The notes beneath the pieces are model-generated. The model searched no databases and was not told where the DNA came from. It was given only the letters and a program-made list of their open reading frames with translations. From Camelus ferus (lineage: Eukaryota): 64,000 nucleotides of DNA. The translations under genes and the position numbers were made by a program. Positions within the stretch are counted from its first letter, which is position 1; each line of letters begins with the position of its first letter. The stretch covers positions 57,042,001 through 57,106,000 of the forward strand of contig NC_045707.1 in the NCBI RefSeq assembly GCF_009834535.1, read 5' to 3'. Below, piece by piece: positions 41,601 to 52,972 of the stretch.

Positions 41601-42619
41601 TTTCTTTTTTAAAGAAATGTTATCGTGTCTCCTAGAACACTGCAGATAGTTCCAATTATACAGAATTGTCTTGTGTGTTTAGGTTTGAGTTTGAGTTCCT
41701 AAACCAAGTATATCTTGTTCATTCACTCAAGTTCTAAGAAGAAAAAAACAAGATAGTTAGACTTTTTTTTTTGTTTTAAACTAAACAGAACTCTGATTCT
41801 GCCTCCTTTTCTGTCTAGATGAAATGCACTAAACCACCAAAAGGAAAATCTAATGTTTACATTTATTATTTCTTTGAGCCGGCTCTAGTCTTGCAGCTTT
41901 CTGTTTCTTATTCCTAAACTACTGCTACTGTAGAGGGCGTCTTACATAACAGAATAGAGATGGCACTATCCGGTAATTGAAAGATTTAGTTAAAGAGGGG
42001 TGTCATAAGTAATAAGTCAATTCTTTAAATATTTTAAGTAAAAAATACATAACTGTTCAGGCACTTGCAAATTTAGATAAAACACCTGGGGCTTTTCTTT
42101 GAGTACAACTCCAGTGCCTGGAGTTTCATATTATCTTTATTTGATAACTTCATCCATTAAACATCTTCAACTTTTTTAGTTTGAGTTTCTTTTTAAAGTG
42201 TTAACTTGAAGATCCTCGGAAAGTTGTGTGAGTGCGGAATCCTCCTGGGTATTCAAAATTTCTTCCCCAAACTTTGACAAAGTTGTGTCTCACTGATAAT
42301 GTGGTTGAAGATTTTCCTTGACCTCGTCTTTCCAAATAATTCAACCTAGTGTTCACACATGAGCCAAATTTCTTTTATTTTTTATTTTACGTAATATTTA
42401 TTTAAATAGCCTAATTTTAGACAGTACAGTGGAAATAAATGGGAACAAATATAAATGATCTTTGGGAAATATAATTCAGCAAATTTGAGCAGAGTTGTAA
42501 GGCATAAGGTAAGTGTGAGCACAATATACAGGGGAAACAGAGAACATTTATTAGACTAGATTTACTTGGGTAGAGATTGCTTAACAAAATTTCTAATGAA
42601 ATTATGGTAACAGCAACAT

Positions 42620-42830
42620 CAGTGGAATACTAAGTGTCAGACCCTGTTCTGAGTGCTTTACATGTAATAACTCATTTAAACTCATGACAACACTATAAGA
42701 TGGGTACCTTTATGATACCTGTTTTACAGATGAGAAAAACTGATAAACAGAGAGGTCAAGTGATTTTTCTAATGCCACAGCCCCAGGTGGTTTTGCCCCA
42801 TAGTCTATGCTCCTAACAAGTACACTCTGC
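42620..42830 (-). mobile_element. MIR SINE
   Basis: gtgctttacatgtaataactcatttaaactcatgacaac...ttttacagatgagaaaaactga. Confidence 0.7.
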
Positions 42831-43407
42831 TGCTGCCTACACTCTGTGAGTTTTCATTCTTTTTTCCAGCATTCTTCCAATCTGCTTTGGTTCCCTTTTT
42901 CATTATTACTAGCCTCCTAAGCCTCAACCTTTAATGTAAATAAGGTGAAATATAATTGTGTAAAACTAGCCTTATTACAATGAGAAATAATTTTCCTCTT
43001 ATTATGCTAAGATACATAAATTCAGATAAGGGAGAAATGTGGAGTCTAGGTTATTTTGAATATGAAAACTAAATTTCAAATTAATTTACTTTATAACTCA
43101 ATTATAAAGTAAAAAATACTTCAAAATGATCTATGTAGTAACAGAAGTTACTTCCAGCTAGGTGAAGTTTAGGATTATTCTGAGGTCTAGCTGCTTTACT
43201 TATTTTGTATTTCTGACAACAAGAGAGTTAATTATTTTCCCCCAATAAATTTTCATGAAGTTATCCCTTAAACTCTTTTTAATATTTATTTTTATATCAT
43301 AACTCTCTCCAAAATGATTTAATTAGGTAAGTGCTTTAATTCTTGGCATCCTTTAGGAATTTTCCTTCTAGATTTCATTTGATAATACTATCTGAATATT
43401 CTACTTC

Positions 43408-43567
43408 ATGGAGACTAAGGTGAGGCTAGCAGGGCCCCTCAAATACAGAATTTAAGGAGGCATTCACTGTTAGTACTAATCTTGCACTTGCATGGTCCTG
43501 AAAGTGAGTGCTTCCTTAAATTTAGCCCCCTTAACACCTCACCTACCTCATCCTAGTCCCAGTCCCA
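43408..43567. mobile_element. Palindromic hAT MITE (MER96-like)
   Basis: Nested inverted arms at 43413-43425/43546-43558 and 43449-43468/43503-43522; resembles the recalled MER96 consensus. Confidence 0.7.
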
Positions 43568-43800
43568 TATCAGAATATATTACATCATAACTGTATATTA
43601 TCAGTATTGTTCTTAGTAGGAGTATATAGTCTTAGCCTACTTAACAGATGTAGAATCTAAAGTGTAGAGAGGTTTAGGAAATGTCCTAGGGTAGTTACTG
43701 AGAAGTGGTGTTGCTAGAACTCAAACCTCTTGATTGTAATTTGGTAAACTTCCAGATAGTTAAAATTTTAGAAATCATCTGCTAGACTCAGATGGTATTT

Positions 43801-43824
43801 CACACACACACACACACACACACA
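43801..43824. repeat. (CA)n microsatellite
   Basis: Direct reading. Confidence 0.95.
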
Positions 43825-46282
43825 AATGTCTACCAGGGGTTGCAGCATAGACTGCCAAGGGCAGTGAGTAAATGATTTTCAAGCGGCTCTTAGAAAACCA
43901 CAACCACATTATATGATACTTGGCTTTTATGCTTTTCAAAGCTGTATTTTGCACTTCATTCTCAGACCCAAGGCACCGGTGTCCTTGGTTGCTCACAGCA
44001 TCCCACTCCAGCTATTCTCTAAGATGCACTCTTTGCTGAAATGCTCTAAATCACCCCTTTAATGACTTCCCCAGGAAGTTCCGTCACTTAAACTAGTGGT
44101 GAAAAGAAAGAATTCTGAATAATTGACTTACTACACATGGGCTTGCTTATAAAACAAATTTGTCAAAACCTCAGCCCATGCTGAATTGATTGGGTTGTAT
44201 GGAAGTCATTCTATGGATTATTTTACAAGGTTCTAAAACAGGCAGTTCTTTTCACAAGTATAACTGCAGAGTGAAAGTGAACAACAAACCTACATCTTTG
44301 GAAAATTTGCCAACCATGCTTTAGAAAATTGCCCTGGATGTATACTCATTTTGCATGTAAAGATATAGATAAAATCTTAGCTTCCAGCATTCTGCTTACC
44401 CCAGAGTTTGGTGACAGACGAGCAAATACAGACTTTAACCTATGAAAGAGATTATATATACATATATGTATTCCAGTATGAGGTAATACTGGTCAATTTA
44501 CTTATAGAAGAAAGGAAATCTTCATTATTTGGATTCACAATCAAGGTAGAATCTAGAGAAATCGTTATAAAAAACAAGTCTGGCTTCAATGAATTTCCTC
44601 TCAGGTAATAGTCACTGAAGCTCACTTGGAACAAACTACAGCTACTCAGGCAAAGCACTGTCATCACGGTGTAAATGGAGGGATACGAGAGATGAGTGGG
44701 AAGTTCTCTTTAGCATCGTGCACTCCTCACAAAGCCAATAACAGCAATTTCTGCCAAATGATTTAATGATTCACATATTCATATGCAACTTTCTGTTCAT
44801 AATGAGCACCATTTCCAGAATCTGAGAATAGAAGAGAGAGACTTTTAATGACATGGATGATTGCTGTATTCTGAATATATTTTACAGGTGTGCACAGTTT
44901 TATCTTAAAGGAAAAATTCAGATATTCTCAAAACTCCAAAACAGTAGGAGAATGAGAAATCTATACATAATGTATGATGTTTATCATTTGGGGTTTGTAT
45001 ACCCATATGATTTATTTATAATTATGAATATTTACCACTCAACTCCCTCTTGTTACTCAAATATATGTATATATGAGTAATTCTCTTATACATGAGATTT
45101 ATCTCATATTAAACTATAGTCAATTTAGTTTATATGTAGTTATTTTTCAAATTATATTAAATTGCATTATTTATAATAGAAGATAAGTCAACATGGTACT
45201 TACTATGTGTTAATAGAAAAGACCAGAGAGAATTATGGTGATGACTTATGTCAGGGTATCAACTTTACTATTCCAACTCTTTAAAACTAGACCCCTTACA
45301 AAACAAGTAGCAAGCAATACTTAAGATATAAATTCCACCATAACTATAGATCGATGTTCTTGGACAACGTTGTAATGTTCATAAAGATTTCCCAGTGAAA
45401 TGGTGGAATTTCATGGAAAGTGGTTCCCAGTGATCTGTATGTTACTAAGTGGACTTTGGTTTAAAATTGTATGTAATTCAGTGTATAAAACAAATATTGT
45501 GGGTTGTTTTATTTAATAAGCAAATGACACTTTATAATAAAATAGTGCCTGCTATAGGGAAAATCTCCTTTTACATCATGTTCTTCTCTATAATGGTGTA
45601 GGTTGCTGATGAAAAATCAGGTTTTCTGACTTCTGACAATATTCAGTGGAAAATACCTTTTATGAAATCAAAAGTAGCATTTCACTTTTTTTTTTTCTGT
45701 ATAAGAATATAGGAAAACAACATTTACTGAACTGTAAAAGGAAGAGGTCATGTGCAAAAAGCTGATGTTGGTTTCCAGACAGGTTATAATAGTGCTTTCC
45801 GCTTTGGGTATTGACAAGCATTTTTCTCTTTCTAAGGACACTGAAGAATCAAAACTTTGTGAACAACATATTGGTAATAACACAACAAAATACATGTACC
45901 TTTGTTTACTGAAGAAAAAAATACATTCTTCTACAGATGAAATTTATACCGTTTTCCATGGTTCAAAAAGATGGATCCAATAGCCTCTTACCTTTGAAAT
46001 GCAAATTTTGATTAAGGCTTTTTCCTGATTAATAATTGCAGTACAGAAGTATCATTTAAAATCTATCCCACGAGTGTCACAGCATGCCTCTTTCTATTTA
46101 ATCTTTTTAAGTAGAAGGAAAAGGGAGCTGTGAGTACACCAGCAATGCTATCGCTCGTGCATGCTGTAGAAGCCAGAGCTGTCGTGTTACTGTGGTGCTA
46201 ACTCACAGTGGTGCTGCCTTTCTTCTTTACCACTGCTTCCGTCCCACGGATCCCACTGCTCCCCTGTGGGCCTCCTCACTAG

Positions 46283-46345
46283 CCTTCAGGCAACGTTTGG
46301 GTGACCCATGAAGAGATGGAAAATCTTGCAGCTCCAGCAAAAACG
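46283..46345 (+). CDS. PPFIA2: PPFIA2 exon F: PSGNVWVTHEEMENLAAPAKT (SAM1-SAM2 insertion with the VWV motif)
   Basis: Acceptor cactag|CCT, donor ACG|gttagt, 63 nt, symmetric phase 0. Confidence 0.93.
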
Positions 46346-47589
46346 GTTAGTCTTTATGGCTTTGTTGAACATGAAGAAAAGTTATTTTGCTGCTCTTTGG
46401 ATGAAGGAAGCTATTTTGTTGACGATAGATCAGAGTAATGGAGTTACGTTTACATAGTGATATGCAGTGATAACTAATACTTTTCATTATGGTTTTATTT
46501 CCCTGAACTGAGACATTTTTAAATGAAGCAGTAGTAGATTGTCATGATATGGTTAATATAAGAATTTGTAATATACAAATAATAAGAATTTAATGACACA
46601 TCCATTTTGCAACATTGAAAATTTTTGATAACAAATATCACTTAATATTGGACATATTCACAGTTAATGATGTTGCCAAGCCCAGTTAAACTTACAATAG
46701 AAAGTTTAGATTGAATACTTATTTTAAATATAATCATTTATTTTCTTGTACTTTATCATCTCAGATACAGAGCTTCCTCCTCCTACCCCCATGCAAAGTG
46801 TTCTGTTCATTTCACATTCAAAGCACAGGCTTAAAGAAATTTGTGGTGACTCTGTCATTGTCAGTTTTTGAAAGTATAATATTGTATATAGTCATTTTTC
46901 ATTTAAAGTAACGAAGTTGGGCATGATATGCATTTTATTCTTAGCAACTTCTTTTAATCTCCTTTCAGTTGTACTCCTATTTGAAAAATCGATTGCCTAG
47001 CTCTTGATGAATAAAAATGCCAGTGTCATGTGCTAATTGCATTTCTAGTTTAGTCTGTTGTGCATGGTCTTTGCCTTGTTTAGTTTTGTTTGTTGTTGGT
47101 TGTTGTTGAAATCTATTTGCCACAAATCTTTGCTAGAAGGAGAAGTTACTTTGTCCACTTCATTAATTTATGTAAGATTTCTCCATCATATGTATGTATG
47201 TATGTATACACATTTGTGTATTGTATGTTTGTATGTATATAATCAGAAATTTTTATTATTACTCATTACATTTGGAAAATTCCACTTTTAAGAATTGAAG
47301 AAGGTTTAGAATGGCTAGAGCAAATGTATCATGAAAATTCCATATGTCATATGTGTATGTGTTTAATTAGAACTGACTAGAAACTACGTAGATGCCTTGG
47401 TAGTTGCCCTTGAAGTGCTGAACTGATTACTGTGGATCTGAATAAGGAGCTGTGTGTTTATCTGCCTATGTCTTAATTAACATTTTTAATAACAAACAAT
47501 TTTGCTTTTAGTGGAAAAAATTTACTACATTAATTTGAGATTAATTTGTATTTATCTGCTTTATTAATCATTTCCTGCTGCTAACACAG

Positions 47590-47619
47590 AAAGAATCTGA
47601 GGAAGGAAGCTGGGCTCAG
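47590..47619 (+). CDS. PPFIA2: PPFIA2 exon G, 30-nt microexon: KESEEGSWAQ
   Basis: Acceptor acacag|AAA, donor CAG|gtagga, symmetric phase 0. Confidence 0.92.
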
Positions 47620-49136
47620 GTAGGAAATTCATATGCTTTACAGCAATATCATTTAGTAGGCTATAAGGATATAAAGTAAGAAAATTATATGTTATAATAT
47701 TATAAAAATATATATAAGATTAGGCTAATTGTTTATTGGAATTTCTTGTGTTTAATACTACATAGGTCTTTTAAAGTCACCATAGATTTTTATTTCATAC
47801 CTGGCCTCTTTTGAAAGGAAAATTTTCTTTCTCCTTTAAAAGAATGAACTGTAACTTAAATTTCTTGGAAATCACCCCCAAATATATTTCATGAGGAATC
47901 ATTCATGTTGGATATAAGTAAGGGGGAGGGGGATATTTTTAAAAACTTATCTGGAATTGCAGATGCTTTAAAGTATAATGGAAAGTGTGTGAGAAATGAG
48001 ATTGGAGGGACATGGGTTAGCCTTGTGACTACAAATCAGAAGTCACTCCTGTTTACTGAGATGGCAGTCTGAACCAAGCGTCTGTACTCTGAACATTTAT
48101 GTTTGCAAGGAAGCAGTGCATTTTTCAGCATTTCCACATGTTGTATAATCAAGGAATGAATGTGTGTTATAGGTAATATGATTCAAACTTTGACCAGAGA
48201 AAAATTTTGATAGTTATTACTAGGACCTACATTTAAACATTTAGTCAGTTAGGGTTGCATTAGATTTTCATTTTTTATAAGAATTTTATCTTTTTTAAGA
48301 ACACAGAAAATAAAGAGAACACCTCGATTTTCCATTAGAAATACATGTTATAAGCGTGAATTTGTTGTTTGATAAGGAACAAAATAGAAAACATTATCAA
48401 TAGAGAGTAATAGTCCTTTTAAAAAATTGCCTTAGAGTTGATGGTTGATTTTGGTTTTCATTTTGGCTTTTATGACTAATGTTTGGTAAGATCAGTTGAT
48501 ATTGTTATATTAAAGAATTAGATTATGTCTTACTTTTTGATTATGCTCCACTTCTTTAAGTACGGAGTCTATATTGATTGATTCCTAAAAATAAGCTCTA
48601 TTCCAGTGGTTTTTATGGACTACTGACTGCATACTTCACTAGGTAACAACAATGCCCACAGAAAGCTTCACATCCTGTCTCTCTAGCCTTTCTCTGTTCA
48701 TTTACTGAGGTTTCTATTTTCACATAAAGATTTGCCATTACATCACAGCAATGTAATAGTAGCATTGAAGAGAAGGAAATGATGGAGATTAGCTGACAGA
48801 TAAAAATAAGTTAAATTAAATAAATCTAGCCACACAAAGAAAAGATCTTTAAGCTCAGCATTTTGTATTATACCATTCATTCTAATTTTTTTAATTTAAA
48901 AAGGCATGTTTGTATAAAATGTGATTCCTTTGGAAAATAATGCAAGTACCGTGATACGTGTACCCAGAGTTCCATTCTGTTCCAAAGTAAATCAGATACT
49001 TAGAGGCTGAATATTATTTCTGCTTTGTTCACATGTATCATAGCAATTAAATACCAGTTGTAACAATAGGCACTACCCTCCAATTACCATCTCATTATAT
49101 TGGCTAAAAAACTTGACTGCTATAAAACAGTTCTAG

Positions 49137-49330
49137 TGTCCGGTTTTTCTACAGACCCTGGCATATGGAGATATGAACCACGAGTGGATTGGAAACGAAT
49201 GGCTTCCCAGCCTGGGGTTACCTCAGTACAGAAGTTATTTTATGGAATGCTTGGTAGATGCAAGAATGTTAGATCACCTAACAAAAAAAGATCTCCGTGT
49301 CCATTTAAAAATGGTGGATAGTTTCCATCG
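49137..49330 (+). CDS. PPFIA2: PPFIA2 exon H: (CPVFLQ)[25 protein letters not shown]...MVDSFH(R) (SAM2); alternative start at 49155
   Basis: Acceptors ttctag|TGT (49137) and ctacag|ACC (49155), donor CG|gtaggt. Confidence 0.94.
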
Positions 49331-50039
49331 GTAGGTTTTTTCCGAAGAGTGAGTAAAGTGAAACAATAAATATGTATATATATTACTTGAACATAAAGAG
49401 ATGCTTAAGAAATATAGAAAATGTGCTCTTCAAAACATCTGTGTACATCTACTTGGCAAAGTATTTTTATGCAGCAAATTACAGGGATTATCTAATGTAG
49501 AGCTGGGTGCATATTACATTCCCAAAGTTTGCGGAGCTAGGTAGTACAAAATTCTCATACAACATAAATCTTTTTTCCCCCTGGACCTTTAAGAAATTTC
49601 ATGTTTGTGATTTGTATCTGTGTATGTTTTATATTAGAAAATTGTTTATTAAGGATAAATTAGTTCAATTTCAATTCCATAAATATATGTGTTATAAATT
49701 ATATAATAGGGCTATACAAGAAAAAATTTTGAGAAGAAATTCTCTGAAGAACATTTTTGTTTTTGTATAAATCTTTTAATGTTTTTGCTTATTTGTACAT
49801 TAATTTGGGGGGGAAGTACTGAATGGGTTATGAGACAATGGTAAGAACACAGATGAATAAAACGCAAATAAAAATTCTTGTTTCAAATTGTTTATCATCT
49901 AAGGCATAAAAAAGGCTTGTAATAATGTCATAATGTTACATTGTAGCCTAATATTTTTATAACTTTTGTGCAAAATTATCAGCTGGACTATGATTATTTC
50001 ATGCATAGTTGATTAATGGAATAAATTAATAAATATAAA

Positions 50040-50760
50040 TCTAGACAGTTTTGGCTTGGGAAACTGCTCACATCCTGTCCAATATTTAATTATTGACTGA
50101 AATGAAAATAGTATAAAAATCATATATGTTGATGACATAAAGTTAGGACAGAGAGATGATAATTGAGATTCTTCAATCAACTTTATCAAGATATTTTGAA
50201 TCTTAATACAATTGTTGACACTGTTGGATTAAATTTAGTAGAGCTAAGTATAACATAGTTTTTAAAAACCATTAAAATGCTGGATGGGAAGTCCATGATT
50301 TAAAAGCAGTTCAAGTGAAAAAGATAAGTGATTTATAGTAGACACAAAAATCTCAGTTCTAGTTAATAACAGGACATATTTAGATAGTGTTTATTGGTAG
50401 GCATAATAAAAGTCCTACCATGTAGCAAGATGACAATAAGAAACTGTATAAATTTATGAATGTTAAACTTTCATTGATGAAGTAGGAAAAGTCTTGGGGA
50501 AGTTTGAAAAAAAATTAAAGAAATTTAGCTTGGGCAAGGGAAGAGTTTAGATAAATTTTCTTGTGTTTTAATATCATTAGGTGATAGAATAATAATATTT
50601 GCTCTGTTGAACATGTATTTTTCTAGTTCAAATAGTTGTAGACACTAGGGTGCGTGTTTTATGTTCAATAGGAAAAGCAGCTTTGTATCACTCTCAATTA
50701 GTCTATACTTTATGCATTGTAAAGTAGTGAGTTTCCAGTCACTGAACATTTAGGCTCTCA
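50040..50760 (+). mobile_element. Highly decayed CR1/L3 remnant
   Basis: tatgttgatgacataaagttagga resembles the CR1 RT FADDTKLG motif; boundaries approximate. Confidence 0.35.
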
Positions 50761-51210
50761 GATTTTGTGTGGTTATATTAGACTTTTGAATACTAGAATT
50801 TTTGATGACACAACTGTGCCTGTTTTCCATTCTTCACTAGATTAACTTTTAATTGCTTTATTATTATAGTGGAAATGGTTAATCCAATGATCAAGCTTAT
50901 TTTTGAAAAAATAAAAGTTACTCTAATGGCAGAGTTCTTTTTTGTTCTGGGAAATACACAAGCTTCATCTTTACGCTCTGCTTCGATCTGACTTAAAGCA
51001 GGTAGTACCCAACTGCGTACTATATCCCATTGTCTTTACAGCTTAGTTTTTCTTCTCGCAGACATGGTTGTAGTAGTATATATCCTCTTTATAGCACAGT
51101 TTTATATTACATATAAAAACTTGGCAGAAATTAGGCAAGAGCCAGTGATTTAAGCTCAGGCTGGTTAATGTCTATGATGGTTTTTACATCAATATTATCT
51201 GATACCCCAC

Positions 51211-51600
51211 TGAATTAGTTTGCTCGGGCTAGGATAACAAAATACCACAGATGGGTGGTTTAAAGAACAGAAATGTATTTTCTGACAGTTCTAGAATCTA
51301 GAAAAAAGACCAAGTTGTCAGCATTATTGGTTTCTTCTCGTTGACTTGCAGATAGCTGCCTTTTCTCTCTGTCCTCACATGTTCTTTCTTGTGTGTGCCC
51401 TCCTTTGGCTTCTCTGTGTGTCCAAATTTCCTCTTCTTATAAGGACAGCAGTCATACTGGATTAAAGCCTATCCTGATGACCTTATTTTAACTTAATTAC
51501 CTTCCTTAAGAGCCAGTCTCCAATTACAGTCACATTCTGAAGTATAGGGGATTAAGGCTTCAACATAAGAATATGAAGGAACACGATTTAGCCCATAACA
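51211..51600 (-). mobile_element. MaLR solo LTR (MLT1B-like)
   Basis: Reverse complement starts tgttatgggctaaat...tatgttgaagccttaatcccc...cagaatgtgactgtaattggagac...gtccttataagaagaggaaatttggacaca. Confidence 0.8.
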
Positions 51601-52874
51601 GCAGTGTATGCAGATTTCTTTCCATTTCCCTCTGATTCTTAAATATTTGAATTCAGCATTGTTCCTATTAAAATGCAGGGCTTAGAAATGCATCCTGCAC
51701 TTAAGGGTAGCCTGACCAGTGTCTATATTTATCTATAATTCTAAACATTTAATAAATCACTAATAATCAATGTTCTTGACTCTTGAAGCCTAGAGATTCT
51801 TTTTTTCCTATCATAATCTTCCACATCCTTTATATGTAATATCAATCACTAAGGCTTTTTTATTCTCTCTGAACATCTCTGTTTTCTGGATTTTCTTTTC
51901 ACACTTTTTTTGGTCCTTATTATAATCCTTTTTTGACAGCATTTATTCCTTAACCAATTCGCATGTCCCCTAGAATTACCTATTTTCCCCAACTCCTATT
52001 TTGCTTCCAGATTATTCTTGCTTTAACCAAAACCTTTTATTGTTCTTTTTTTCTCCCGTGAAAATTGTCCAGTTATTTTCTATCTTCTTCACATACTCCA
52101 CACTTACTCTGAATGCAAACTTTCCTTAATGTGACCCCATTCTCCATATGAAATCATATTCCTCCTTACTTCCCAGTATGGATTTCCATCTCTGGACAGT
52201 GGGTGTCTCTATTACCACACATTTAACATTCCATCAGCAATCCTATGTTCATGGTGCTCCATATCCTTTAATAACCGTTTCTCTGCCTGATCCTTTAAGG
52301 ACCAGTCGATTTTCTTCTCTTCCACAATATCCCTTCCACACGGAGTTTCAGTGTCTGCTGACTTGCTCCTTTCGCATACTTCTGTGTCACTTAGAGTTGG
52401 TGGCTGTTCATTTTGATATTTGGTTCTGTGTGATGTTACTTAACTTATTCGTGTCTTTATATTATTTTTCTCCTCAGCTCTAAAGGAGAGTATCTATTTC
52501 TTATAAATTCTTTCTTATCCCCATAATAGTGACTCCTTAATTTTTTTTCAAATGAGTACAATGTTCACTTGTCTTCAAATAATGTCAAAATAGCCTAATG
52601 GAAGACAAAGACATATGGATGAACAACATGATCCAAGATTATTTTTAAGACTGGTTTTCTTATTTAGAAAATATATGTATATATATTTTACTCTTTAGAA
52701 AGATTGTGTGCTTAGAATAACTGTAATCGTTACTTCCCTCCAATACTAAAGGATTTGACTACAAATGTAATTTATTAACCTGCTGCCCGAAGAAGTAGTG
52801 CATAGTGTTGACTCTGTTTAATCATCTACTGAGTAAACTCAATGTGTTCTCTTCTTTTTTTTTTTTAATAACAG

Positions 52875-52972
52875 AACAAGTTTACAGTATGGAATTATGT
52901 GCTTAAAAAGGTTGAATTATGACAGAAAAGAACTAGAAAGAAGACGAGAAGCAAGCCAACATGAAATAAAAG
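52875..52972 (+). CDS. PPFIA2: PPFIA2 exon [33 protein letters not shown](D)
   Basis: Long polyT tract, acceptor aacag|A, donor G|gtaata, 98 nt. Confidence 0.95.
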
